A DNA stretch of 63,431 nucleotides, the filler included, from Basidiobolus ranarum (taxonomy: Eukaryota), in the NCBI GenBank assembly GCA_040143965.1. It is 6 parts of 6 records of this genome, joined end to end, with 100 filler letters (N's around TTAATTAATTAA, not from the genome) between each part and the next. Parts side by side here need not be neighbours in the genome. Positions count along the whole stretch, not along the records: positions 10,613 to 21,111 come from JASJQH010000699.1; positions 21,212 to 31,706 come from JASJQH010000700.1; 4 more parts are not named here. One strand, written 5' to 3'. Of this stretch, positions 11,403 through 22,435 are shown piece by piece. Every line of letters begins with the position of its first letter. The stretch's first letter is position 1. The notes beneath the pieces are model-generated. The model did not search any database. It saw only the letters and a program-made list of their open reading frames with translations, and was not told where the DNA came from. Made by a program: the position numbers and the translations under genes.

Positions 11403-14400
11403 TGATAAAAGGTTTTAGGGGATTTGGAAGTGTTTTAGACAAGATTTGGATGAGTGAATTAGAAACTGATATTTTATTGAATTGAAGATGTCCTATTTAC
11501 CTAATTTCAACATTCCCACTCAACTAATTATTATGTATTTCTTTTAAGCTAACTTATATCTTGATAATACCAAATGTGATTAAGCTCAAGGTCTAGTTGG
11601 GATGTCAGCAATCATTCCTTCAGCAGGCAAATGGACAAGTTCAGTTATTTCATTCTCTACTGCTTGTTCAACAAAATGATGCCTTATATCTCTTTGTTTT
11701 GTTCTAGCAAGAAATGTAAGGTTTTTAGCATGAAATTTAGGGTTTAAAGCTTATGAAATACAACTTTAATTTTCTTCCAATACAACAATAGCATGCTTTT
11801 GCATGTATCACAAGTCTTTAAATAACTTCCTTAACCACATGGCTTTGTGTGTAGTAGTAGAGGAAGCCATCTACTCTGCTTCTGTAGTGGAAAGTGCTGT
11901 GGTTGGTCACTTCTTACTTTTCCATGTTATAGCTCCATTAACATAGAGAAAAGTGTACCAATTAGTTAATCTTCTATTGTGAAGGTTTCTTCCCCAGTCT
12001 GCTTCACTCTAGCCTTCAAAATTATGTGCATCAGGAGTGACCAAGTAATCCAGAACTTGATCTACAGTTCCTCTCAAATACCACAATATCTACTTTGCTG
12101 CAGTTGTGTGCTCAGATCCTGGATTTTTTAGGCTTTGGCTGATAGTTCCCACTGCCACAGCAATTTCTGGAGCTGTTGAACCATTGTATACATTGAGCTA
12201 CTCACCATGGAGTGCTAAGGGAACTGCTGACATTGATTTGAGTCATTTTGGGCCAAATTGAATGATGTTTTTATTAATTTCACATTGGGATCCATTGGTT
12301 TTAATACAAGCTTGAAAATCCCAATGTTGAAGCACTTTAGAATGACCCGGATGTATCTAGACTGATTCATCATGATTTTCTACCTAGGTGTATCCCACAT
12401 GAGTTGAATTCTAAGAAAATAATTAAATTAACCCAATACCTTCATTCATATTATTCATCTGAATTTGGTTCAAGAAGCTGTTTTCTGTCTGATTAAGTTC
12501 TTCTAAAACATTAGTGGCTATGATCAAGTCATACATATATAGTGCCAACATAAGGATCCTACTTCTGGATATTTTGATGTAATTCTGTGATCTGCTGTGC
12601 ATTTTTGGAATTACAGTGACTTCAAATAGGTATTTATCTTGTTGTACCATGCCTGGATGCCTGCTCAAGTCCATATGGCAATCTTTATGGTGTAAAGACC
12701 AAATCAGGATAATCCGGGTCAACAAATCCATCTAGTTGATCCATATAGCCTTCTTCTTCCAGATTTCCATTCATAAGGCTGTTTTTACAGCCATTTGATA
12801 TAAATGAAGGTTATTAATGGTTCAGAGTGCCAGTACCAATCTGGTGGAGCTAAACGTAACTACTGTAGAAATAGTTTCACTTAAATAAACCCCTGGAGTC
12901 TTGGAATAATTAGTGGCTATTAATCTGGCTTTGTACCTTCTATGGTACTATCAGCTTGCTTTTTAACTTTGCAGACCCATATGCAATGTATTAGCTATCA
13001 TTCAAATGGTGAAGGACCTAAATTTCTCATTTCATTGCCTGAAGTGAAGAAAACTCATCAGACATTACTTTTTCCCATAATTTTTGATTCTGGACACTCC
13101 AGTGCTTGTTTTATATTTGTGGCTCATCCCAGGATGCTGCATAAGCATAGACTTCAACATTGGAAGTGTTCAATCAGTTCCCTGGTTTGTTCCTTCTTCT
13201 AGATGATCTTCTAGGTCCAGCATCATCCCCCAATGTAATTTGGGTGGCAAGTTTGGTTGAATTGGGCTCAGATACAGCTGGAATTTTGTCAGACACTTCC
13301 TGAATAGTGCTGATGGCATTTTTGGGCTCAAGAACTTTGATTTGAGATGAAAAATATGCTTTTAAACAAAAACCACAATTTGGCACTTAATTAGCTTCTG
13401 ACCTTTGGTTTCAAACAGTCTGCAGGCCTCTGATCCTGCACTGTAACCAAGAAATATGCATTTTCTGCTTTAGGGATCCAATTTAGAGCATTCTGAAGCT
13501 GGAATTAGGCCATATGCTGTGCAATCAAAGATCCTGAGACAATCCACAATTGGTTTTGATCCATATATAAGCTTCAATTGGGCATCTGTTTTGACATACA
13601 TAGCAGTGTAGACGGATTCTGCCCAATAATGGCAGTCTAACTTTTAATCATATAACAATGATCTTGCCATCTCCACTATGTTCCTATTAGCACATTCTGC
13701 AACTCCACTTTGCTGTGGAGTACAAGGTACAGTAGTTTGTTGCTTAATTCAGTGTTAAGAACAGAAACTAGCAAAGTCTATAGAGCAGTATTCTCACTCA
13801 TTATAACTCCATAGTACCCTTATTTTCATGTTGAGTCTTTCTCTAACCTTGAATGCAGAGCTTGACATAGCCAAGGCTTCAGATTTGATTTGAGAAAGAA
13901 TACCCAATTATATCTTGTTTTGTCATCAATAAAGGGCACAAAGTACATTTTGACAACTAGTGACATATTTTTCATGGGCCCATATAAGTTGGAATGGTTC
14001 AGGGCAGAATTCTGAATAGACTTAATCTCTCCAGAGCTTCAGAATAGCTGTCTGTGATGTTTTCCATATGTGCAACCTTCACACATAGCCAATTTGCCTA
14101 TATTTTTAGTTTCTATGCCGGATTTTCTAGATCATATCACTCAGTTTTTGTTCCCCAATGTGGCCTGACCTTCTATGACATGGGCAACAGCTTACTTCAC
14201 TTGTTTTGGCCAAGGTTGCATTCTGAGAGTGCAACATGCTGATCTCTGGTTTGTATAAGTTTTGAGTGCTGATGCTAGTAGCTATTTTGGTATTTACTGC
14301 TCCATGATAGTGCATCCAACTTTGCTAAAAACACAAATTAGTCCTTGAGTTGTTGCTTAACTTACTAAGAGTAGATTCTTGGCTCTATTTGGTGCATAGG

Positions 14401-14945
14401 GTACATCATCCAATTTTGCAGATGGTGTAGCTGAATTTGGGTCTAAAAGAAGCACAACTGTGCAAGTACCAACTGCATCTGGTGCATAGTCCTCATCTAA
14501 GTAGACTTTCCTAGTTTGTATGTGTTTTAAGCCAGAAAACAGATATCAGTGGTTTGACATATGCTGGGAAGCTCCTCAATCAATGTACCACATTTCTAAG
14601 TCTTCCTTAGTAGTTACTGAAAGGGCAGATACATATAGGCAACCCCTATCAGTTCTTACTAGATTTGCTTGTTTGAATTTTAACTTTTTAGTAAAATCTT
14701 TTTTTTGCAATCTTTGTTGATATGGCCTTGTTTCTTGCAAAATTTCCAGATGATTGATTTTTTAATAGGGGCTCTATTATTGAAGCCTGTTGGTTGTTTT
14801 ATTGCTCCAAAAGATGCCTGATTTACATTATTCTGCTGAGAATTAGATCTCCATAATTGCACTTTTGAAAGCCAAGCACCAACATACTCCATTGTTAGTG
14901 GCTCTGATTCACATTCAAGGGCAATTGCAAGGCTCAAACTCATCT
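11403..14945 (-). mobile_element. Degenerate Ty1/copia element (gag end, PR, INT, RT, RNase H, PPT, shortened 3' LTR at ~11510-11403)
   Basis: Minus strand shows WYID..ASQHM, PQQSGVAE, LALYMYDLII and STTEAE; PPT GAGTGGGAA directly before TGTTGAAATTAGG; LTR ends ...TATCA. Confidence 0.9.
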
Positions 14946-15540
14946 GGCAGTTAACTATGGGTGAAAATTTGAGTTTATTTGGAGATGCTTTGGGAAAATA
15001 GTGAATACTGGTAAAAGTGATCTGATTGATGTTTCTGTCAATTAGAGCAATAAACACATGCTTTTCAATGACATAATTGAGTGCTAAATAATCAGAATAT
15101 CAACAAACTCACCAGTAAATAATGAGTTGCTATTTATCTAATTTGAACATTCCCACTGAACTTATTGCTTATATTTCTCTTAAAACTAACTTATATCTTA
15201 ATAATTCAAATTGTGCTTAAGCCAAAGATTTGGTCCGGATGTTAGTAATTAATTCTTCAGTAGGGCAATAGACAAGTTCAATAGTAACAATTTCAATTGC
15301 TTTTCTAACAAAATGATGCCTAATATCAAAATGTTTTGCTTCGGCAAGAAATGTAGGGTTTTTAGCCAAAGAATGAAACTCTCATTGCGTTCAAATACAG
15401 TAATAACACATTCTTGCTCTAATCCTAAGTCTGTAAACAACTTTCTTAACCACACAGGTTCTTGAGTAGTAGCAGAGGCATCCATATACTCTGCTTCTGG
15501 AGTGGAAAGTGCCAAGTTTGGTTGCTACTTACTTTTGCAA
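14946..15540 (-). mobile_element. 3' end of another copia copy (RNase H, PPT, truncated LTR)
   Basis: ALSTPEAEYM..WLRKL; PPT then TGTTCAAATTAGATAAATAGCAACTC, homologous to the other LTRs. Confidence 0.85.
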
Positions 15541-15545
15541 ATTAT

Positions 15546-16965
15546 TGTTGAAATTAGGTAAGTAGCAACTCATTATTGAGTAGTTAGTTCTTTCATATTC
15601 TGATGATTTAGCACTCATTTCTGCTATTTAAAAGCATGTATTTATTGTCCTAATGGATTGAAATACCAATTAGATTACTTTTACCAATTTTGACTATTTT
15701 CTCAAAACTTCTCCATATCACCTCAATTTTCCCCCAAGCTTAACTGGCATGTTTGTTGTAATCCAAGCACATTCAATAGTCCTATATCATAGTAAACTGT
15801 AAATGGGACATATTCACATCACTAAAACTTAAGTGTCTAATTCCCAAATCCAAATCTTGTCCAAAACACTTCCAAATCCCCTAAGCACTTTTCTCAGGCT
15901 ATGGGCTCTGTGCTAGCTGTTAATGGATTGTCTACTAGCACTATTACCAACCTTTTTGCATCCCCAGAGAGGTTCAATGGTGAAGACTTTCACCTTTGGA
16001 AGTTCAAGGTGCAACTGGTGCTGGAAGACAATGACCTTTGGGAATGCATTACCAAGGAAGAAATAGAGCTAAAGGGACCACCAGAAGCTATTGTTGCCTT
16101 TTGCAAGAAGCAAAGGAAAGCACTGTCTAAACTTTGTCTGCATCTCCAAAACTCTCATTTGAGGCAAATACAATCAGCCAAAAATATCCAAAAAGCTTGG
16201 GAAACACTTGAGGGAATATATGAGACTATAGGTTTTGCTGATAGGTTGTATCTGCAGTTAACATTACTCTCAATTCAGATGAATTCTGATGATTCTGTGC
16301 TTAATCATATATGTTGTATAAAAGCTATGGCAGATCATCACTCAATCATTGGAGCACCTCTAAATGAAGATGATTTAGCCATTACACTATTTAGGAGCCT
16401 GCCAGGCAAGTTTGGGAGCCTTGTAACTGCGCTAGAATCAAGATCAGAGCCATGAACAATGGACTATGTTGGTGCTAGGTTTTTGAATGTGGAATTAAGG
16501 AGATCCAATTCTAAGCAAAATAATGCTGATCAGGCATTTTTTTGGAGCTGTAAACATCCAACAGGCTTCTATAAGAGTGCTTATAATTGGAAATTAATCA
16601 TCTGTAAGTATTGAAACAGAGAAAAGCCATTTAATCAAAGATTGCAGCAAAAGGAATGTTGCCAAGAAAATAGAATTGTAACAAGTGAACAAGTAAGTAA
16701 TAATAGGGATCATCCATTTGTGTATGCCCTATCAGTGACCACTATATATAACTCAGAAACATGGTACATTGATTCAGGAGCTTCCCGGCATACATCAAAC
16801 AAGAAAGATTGGTTTTCCATTTTAAAACACATCCAAACTAAGAAAATCTACTTAGGTGTTGACTATGCACCAGATGCAGTTGGTAAGGGCATAGTTGTGC
16901 TCATTTTGACCTAAATTCCACTTCACCATCTGCAAAACTGGTTGATGTACTCTATGCTACAAATA
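15546..16965 (+). mobile_element. Copia 5' LTR (15546-15896), PBS, gag and protease; cut off by the next LTR
   Basis: TG...CA LTR; GGCTATGGGCTC PBS; FNGEDFHLWKFK gag motif; WYIDSGASRH protease motif. Confidence 0.92.
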
Positions 16966-17730
16966 TGTGGAAATTAGGTAAGTAGCAACTCATCACTTGG
17001 TAGTTAGTTTATTTATGTTCTGATTATTTAGACCTCATTTCTGTCATTGAAAAACATGTATTTATTGTAGTAATTGATCAAAATATCAATTAGATCCCAT
17101 TAACCAATTTTTGCCATTTTCTTAAACTTCTCCAAATCATATCATATTTTCCCCATGCTTAACAGGCATGTTGGTTATGATCTAGGCACATCCAATAGTC
17201 CTATTTTATAGTAAATAATAAATAGGACATATTCAATTCAATGAAACCCAAGTATCTAATTCACAAATCTAAGACTTGTCCAAAACACTTCTGTCAGGTT
17301 ATGAGCCCTGAGCTAGCATTAAAGGAATGTCTACCAGTACTATAACCAACATTTTGGCTTCCACAGAGAAGTTTGATGGTAAAGACTTTCAACTGTGGAA
17401 GTTCAAGATACGAATGGTGCTGGAAGATAACAACCTTTGGGCAACTGTGACAGGAGAAGAAATAGAGCCAAAGGGACTACCAGGAGCTATCCTTGCCTTT
17501 CACAAGAAGCAGAGTAAAGCACTCTCTACACTTTGTATACATCTCAGAGACTCTCAATTGAGGCACATACAATCAGCCAAAAATGTCCTTAATTGTTGGA
17601 AAAATTTTGAGGGACTAAGGCTATTTGCAACTCAGATGAACACTGATGATTCCATGCTTAATTACATAAATCAGATAAAAACTTGGGCAGATCAGCTCTC
17701 ATCCATTGGAGCACCTTTAAATGAAGATGA
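16966..17730 (+). mobile_element. Copia 5' LTR (16966-17296), PBS and partial gag
   Basis: LTR homologous to 15546-15896; GGTTATGAGCCC PBS; FDGKDFQLWKFK. Confidence 0.92.
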
Positions 17731-20250
17731 CTATTGTTTTGGGTTAATAAATCCATCTGATTGCTCCATAAAGATCTCTTCTTCTAGATCTCCATTCAAA
17801 AATATTGTTTTTATATCCATTTAATTCTAATTATGGTGATAGACAGCAGAGAGTACCAGGATTGATTTAATGGAGCCCTACTGGACAAATGTTTCATTAT
17901 AATTAACTCCTGGAGTCTGGAAAAACCTTTTGCAACTAATCTTGCATTGTACCTTTCCATGGTTCCATCAGTTTATTTTTTAGCTTTATAGACCCATTTG
18001 CAACCTATTTGCTTTCACCCGGATGATGGAGGACTTAATACCCATGTTTTACTGTCCTGAAGTGAAGATAACTCCTCAGACATTGCTTTCTCCCATAAAT
18101 TTTATTTTAGACATTCTAGAGCTAGCTTTAGAGTCTGTGGCTTGTCACAGAAGGCTGCAGAAGCATAGACATCATTGTTGGGAGTGCTTCACTGATTCCC
18201 TGGCTTCTTTATCCTTGTAGATGATCTTGCAGGTGCTGAATCAGCATCTGATGCAATTGGTGCTGGAATTTCAGCTCAATTGGGCTCACATACAGCTGGA
18301 AATTTGTCCAACACTTCATGAATAGCACTAAATGCATTTTCTGGATCAAGAACTGTGATTTGAGATGAAAAATATGCTTTTCCATCATATAGTCACATCT
18401 TGGCACTTAATGAACCTCTGATTTTTGGTAGCAAACATTTTGTAGGCCTTACAACCATCATAGTAACCAAGAAGTATGCAGTTGCTGCCTTTGGGTTCCA
18501 ACTTAGAGCATTTTTGTGCTGGAATTGGGCAATATACTGTGCAACCAAAGATCCTGTTATGATCCACACTTTTTTTTGATCCTCAGAGGGCTTTAAATGG
18601 AGTAAAATTTTATAGCAATATTTTTGGCATCTGTTCAAGATATAGACTGAAGTAGAGATAGATTCAGCCCAATAATTGTAATCTAACTTTGGATCATGTA
18701 ACATCAATGTCACCATCTTCACTATGGTCCTATTAGCACATTCTGCAACTCCACTTTGCCATGGAGTACAAGGTACAGTAGTTTGTTGCTTTTTTCAGTG
18801 TTCAGAACAGAAACTAGCATAGTCCTTAGAGCATTATTCTCCACCATGATCACTCCATAGAACCCTTATTTTTTGCACTGATTATTTCTCTACCATTGCT
18901 TTGTAGTGCTTGAACATAGCTAAGGCTTCAGATTTAAGAAAAAATACCTATGTTTATCTTATTTTGTCATCAATCATGGTCTTAAAGCACCTTTTGCCAC
19001 CTTGCAAGAAGTTTTTCATGGGCTCACATAGGTCAGAATGAGTCAGGGTAAGATTCTGAGTGAGTTTGATCTCACCAGAGCTTGAAAACAGCTGTGTGTG
19101 ATGTTTTACATGTATACAACCTTCACAAAGATCTAACTTGGTGTTAATTTCACTTTCTAAGCCTGAAACAAGATGATTTTGGATCAATTGGGTCAATTTT
19201 GATTTTGCCATGGGTAGGTTGGCATGCTCAGAATGAAATTTGTTGATACCTAGCTAGTATCAGTTTTGAATTCTGATCCCAGTAGTAAATTTGGTATTGT
19301 TCTGATTAGTGATAGTGAATTAAGCCCTGCTGATTTTGAAGTTTAGTCCTTGAACTGTTGCTAGACTTACTGAGAGGAGAGTTGTGGCTATATTTGGTAC
19401 TTAGAGTACATCTTCCAATTTTGTAGATGGTTTAACTAAATTTGGGTCTAAATTGATTACAATTGTGCCAGTAGATATTGGCTAGATTTGGTACATAGAG
19501 AACATCATCCTATTTTGCAGATGGTGTAGCTGAATTTTGGTTGAAGTCAAGCACAACTATGCCCTTACCAACTGCATCTAGTGTATAGTCATCACCTAAG
19601 TAGATATTCCTTGCTTGGATGGATTTTAAGCTAGAAAACCAATCTTTCTGGTTTGACATATGCTGTGAAGCCCCTGAATCAATGTACCATGTCTATAAGT
19701 CTTCCTTAGTGGTTGCTGATAGGGCAGACACAAAGAGATGTTCCCTATCAGTGCTTTTTTGATTTGTGTGTTTCAATTTTAGCTTTTTGGCTACAATCCT
19801 TTTTCTGCAATCTTCAATTTAATGATCAGATTTCTTGCAATACTTGCAGATGACAGATTTCCTATTAGGAGCACCATAATTGAAGCCTGTTGGACATTTA
19901 CAGCTCCAAAAAATGCCTGAGCTACATGGTATTGCTTAGAATTAGCTCTCAATGCCCTATTCAAAAACCTCTTACCATCATATTCCATCATTAATGGCTC
20001 CGATCTTTAATCAATGACAATTGTGAGGCTCCCAATCCTATCTGGTTGGCTCCCAATTAGTGTCATGACTAAGTTATCTTCATATAGAGGTGCATCAATG
20101 CATGAGAGAAGATGTGCCACAGTTTTTATCTAATTTATTTGATTAGCCATACTATCATCAGAATTCCTCTAAGTTGAGATCAGTTTTTGCCTAAGATATA
20201 GCCTGTTAGCCAGACCTTTAGTATCATATAGTCCCTCAAGTGTATGTCTC
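17731..20250 (-). mobile_element. Degenerate copia internal region (gag, PR, INT, 5' RT)
   Basis: WYIDSGASQHM, CEGCIHVK..HSDLCEPM, RIFGCTVY, CILLGY and YNARLVAK-like text on the minus strand. Confidence 0.9.
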
Positions 20251-20258
20251 TCACTTGA

Positions 20259-21111
20259 TGTTGAAATTTGGTAAATAGCAACTCATTATTTAGTAGGTAT
20301 TTATTCATATTCTGATTATTTAGCACTTAATTCTACCATTTAAAAGTGTTCATTGCTTTAATTGATAGATATATATTCAGAACACTTTTACGAATTTTTA
20401 CTATTTTCTCAAAACCTTTCAAATCACCTCAAATTCTCACTCATGCCTAACAGGCATGTTTGTTATGATCTAGCACATCCAATAGCCCTATTTCATAGTA
20501 ATATATAGATAGGATATATTCCAATCAATAAAACTTAAGTGTCTGTTTCACACAATGAAAGCTGGTCTGAATTCAGATGAATCCTGATATTCTATGCTTA
20601 ATCATATAAATTGGATAAAAACAATGGCATATCAGCTCTCATCCATTGGAGCACCTCTAAACAAAGATGACTTTGTCATGACACTACTTGGGAGCCTGCC
20701 AGATGAGTTTGAGAACCTCATAGTTGCCCTAGAATCAAGATCAGAGCCACTAACAATGGAATATGTTGGTGCTAGGCTTTTGAATGAAGAATTAAGGAGA
20801 TCTAATTCTCAGCAAAATAATGCAGAACAAACAATTTTTGGAGCTGTAACACATCCAACAGGCTTCAATAATGGTGCCCCTATTAGGAAATTCAGCATCT
20901 GTAAGTATTGCAAGACACCAGGCCATTTAATCAAAGATTGCAGAAAAAGGATTTTTGCCAAAAAGCTAAAATTGGAACATGTAAATCAAGTAAGCACTGA
21001 TAGAGATCATCTATTTGTGTCTGCCCTATCAGTACCCACTAAAGAAGACTCAGAAACATGGTACATTGATTCAGGCGCTGCCCAGCATATGTAAAACAGG
21101 ACAGATTGGTT
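20259..21111 (+). mobile_element. Truncated copia LTR (~20259-20550) joined to gag zinc knuckle and protease
   Basis: TGTTGAAATTTGGTAAATAGCAACTC; LLGSLP, CKYCKTPGHLIKDC (CCHC), WYIDSGAAQHM. Confidence 0.9.
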
Positions 21112-21211
21112 NNNNNNNNNNNNNNNNNNNNNNNNNNNNNNNNNNNNNNNNNNNNTTAATTAATTAANNNNNNNNNNNNNNNNNNNNNNNNNNNNNNNNN
21201 NNNNNNNNNNN
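21112..21211. other. Artificial contig-join linker
   Basis: N44-TTAATTAATTAA-N44. Confidence 0.97.
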
Positions 21212-21654
21212 GCTCCATATACACTCTTGGCCTTTATGGTTGCCTGACCACCGTGAGCAGGGACGTCAAGAGTGTACGACTCGTCAGTGTCAAGATCGAG
21301 CCTGATATCGCTGCCACTAACACGAATCTCAAGTGCACTCAGCAATGGGAAGTTACCCTTGGGTCCAAGTGCTTGAGTGGGTACTGAGGTGGTAGGGGTA
21401 GGGAATGTAGTCTTGTCAACTGTATTAAGGAGTGAACCAAACTCCCCTTTGATAAAGATCAATTTTTTATAGCGGTCTACTGCTCTCTCAAGAATATCGG
21501 CTCCAACAGGGGCCTTGATGGAAATGTCAAGATTATTGTGATCGAGGTGAATAATATTATGGCCAATGTCCATCCTGTGAGGCAAGGGCCAAACCCAAGC
21601 CAAAGAAGAAGAAACCAAGAGAGAGATGGAGGTAAGAAGTTTAATGGCAATCAT
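21212..21654 (-). CDS. Beta-N-acetylhexosaminidase (GH20), N-terminal part, cut by the contig end
   Basis: Signal peptide, VWPLP start and DESYTLDVP...ATIKAKSVYG, typical of the GH20 N-terminal domain; TATA-like box near 21715. Confidence 0.88.
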
Positions 21655-22054
21655 AACGCAAACTAAAAGTCTATTGCTTCAAAATTAAATAAGGTAAACA
21701 TTCTGACAAGTCACTATATATAGGATTTCTAGTGACTGGGCTTTTGACTGATTTTAGCTTGGTTGGTCTTGCATCACGTCTCCAAAACTCCTATTTGCTT
21801 GAAGCGATTTTACGTGCAGCTATAGTATTACGTCAGAGACAATTAGATTGTCTGTTCAATTAAATCTTACTTTTTCAGTACTCTTAAGTGTGTATGAGTA
21901 TCTAATCAACATGAGCTCAGCTTAATTATTAAATTTTACCCCATTCTGTACTAGATATCTCAATGTACACATGTTATGTGCCCATACGCAAGATTCTATG
22001 CCATATATTGTGGTTAGAACCTGATGTCTCAGCATACAGGATTTTACTCTAAAA

Positions 22055-22170
22055 TTAGACGATGTCAGTACTTTCTTTAGACGAATCAAAATAAATTCTT
22101 AGACGCTTTACTTATCCTTTTTGGACGAAATGAAAATAATATTGAGACGATAAAAATATTAGTTTAGACA
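22055..22170. repeat. Phased direct-repeat array: six TTAGACG-like motifs with a 22-bp period
   Basis: Motifs start at 22055, 22077, 22099, 22121, 22143 and 22164 (TTAGACG x3, TTGGACG, TGAGACG, TTAGACA). Confidence 0.85.
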
Positions 22171-22213
22171 AGATAACAATGGCCAAAATGATGTTCTTTA
22201 CCTGTAAGAATCT

Positions 22214-22435
22214 TTAAGGAACAACCACATTCTATGTGGCACGTTATCCTGTTGGACGAGAGAAGATATCGGGTCGTTCATTACCGGACCAAAATTGGGT
22301 TGAAATGAACATCATATTTTTAGCCGCAAGCACGTCTCGACTCCAGAATATATTAAATTCGTTGTAGATCAATATATTGTAGAAGGTACGTTCTTGGATA
22401 TTCGTAGCTCAGTCCACGTTGGGTTCACACAGTAC
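22214..22435 (-). pseudogene. Degenerate C-terminus of a Fanzor/TnpB-like RNA-guided nuclease (decayed zinc finger plus RuvC-III)
   Basis: Manual translation ...RTFYNILIYNEFNIFWSRDVLAAKNMMFISTQFWSGNERPDIFSRPTG*RAT*NVVVP* fits CxxCxxxWNRDxNAAxNM...RPxxFxR; not in the supplied ORF track. Confidence 0.75.

Noticed and set aside
22055-22170. Repeat-spacer pattern read as a CRISPR array
   Set aside because: The 7-bp repeats and about 15-bp spacers are far too short, the context is eukaryotic, and there are no cas genes
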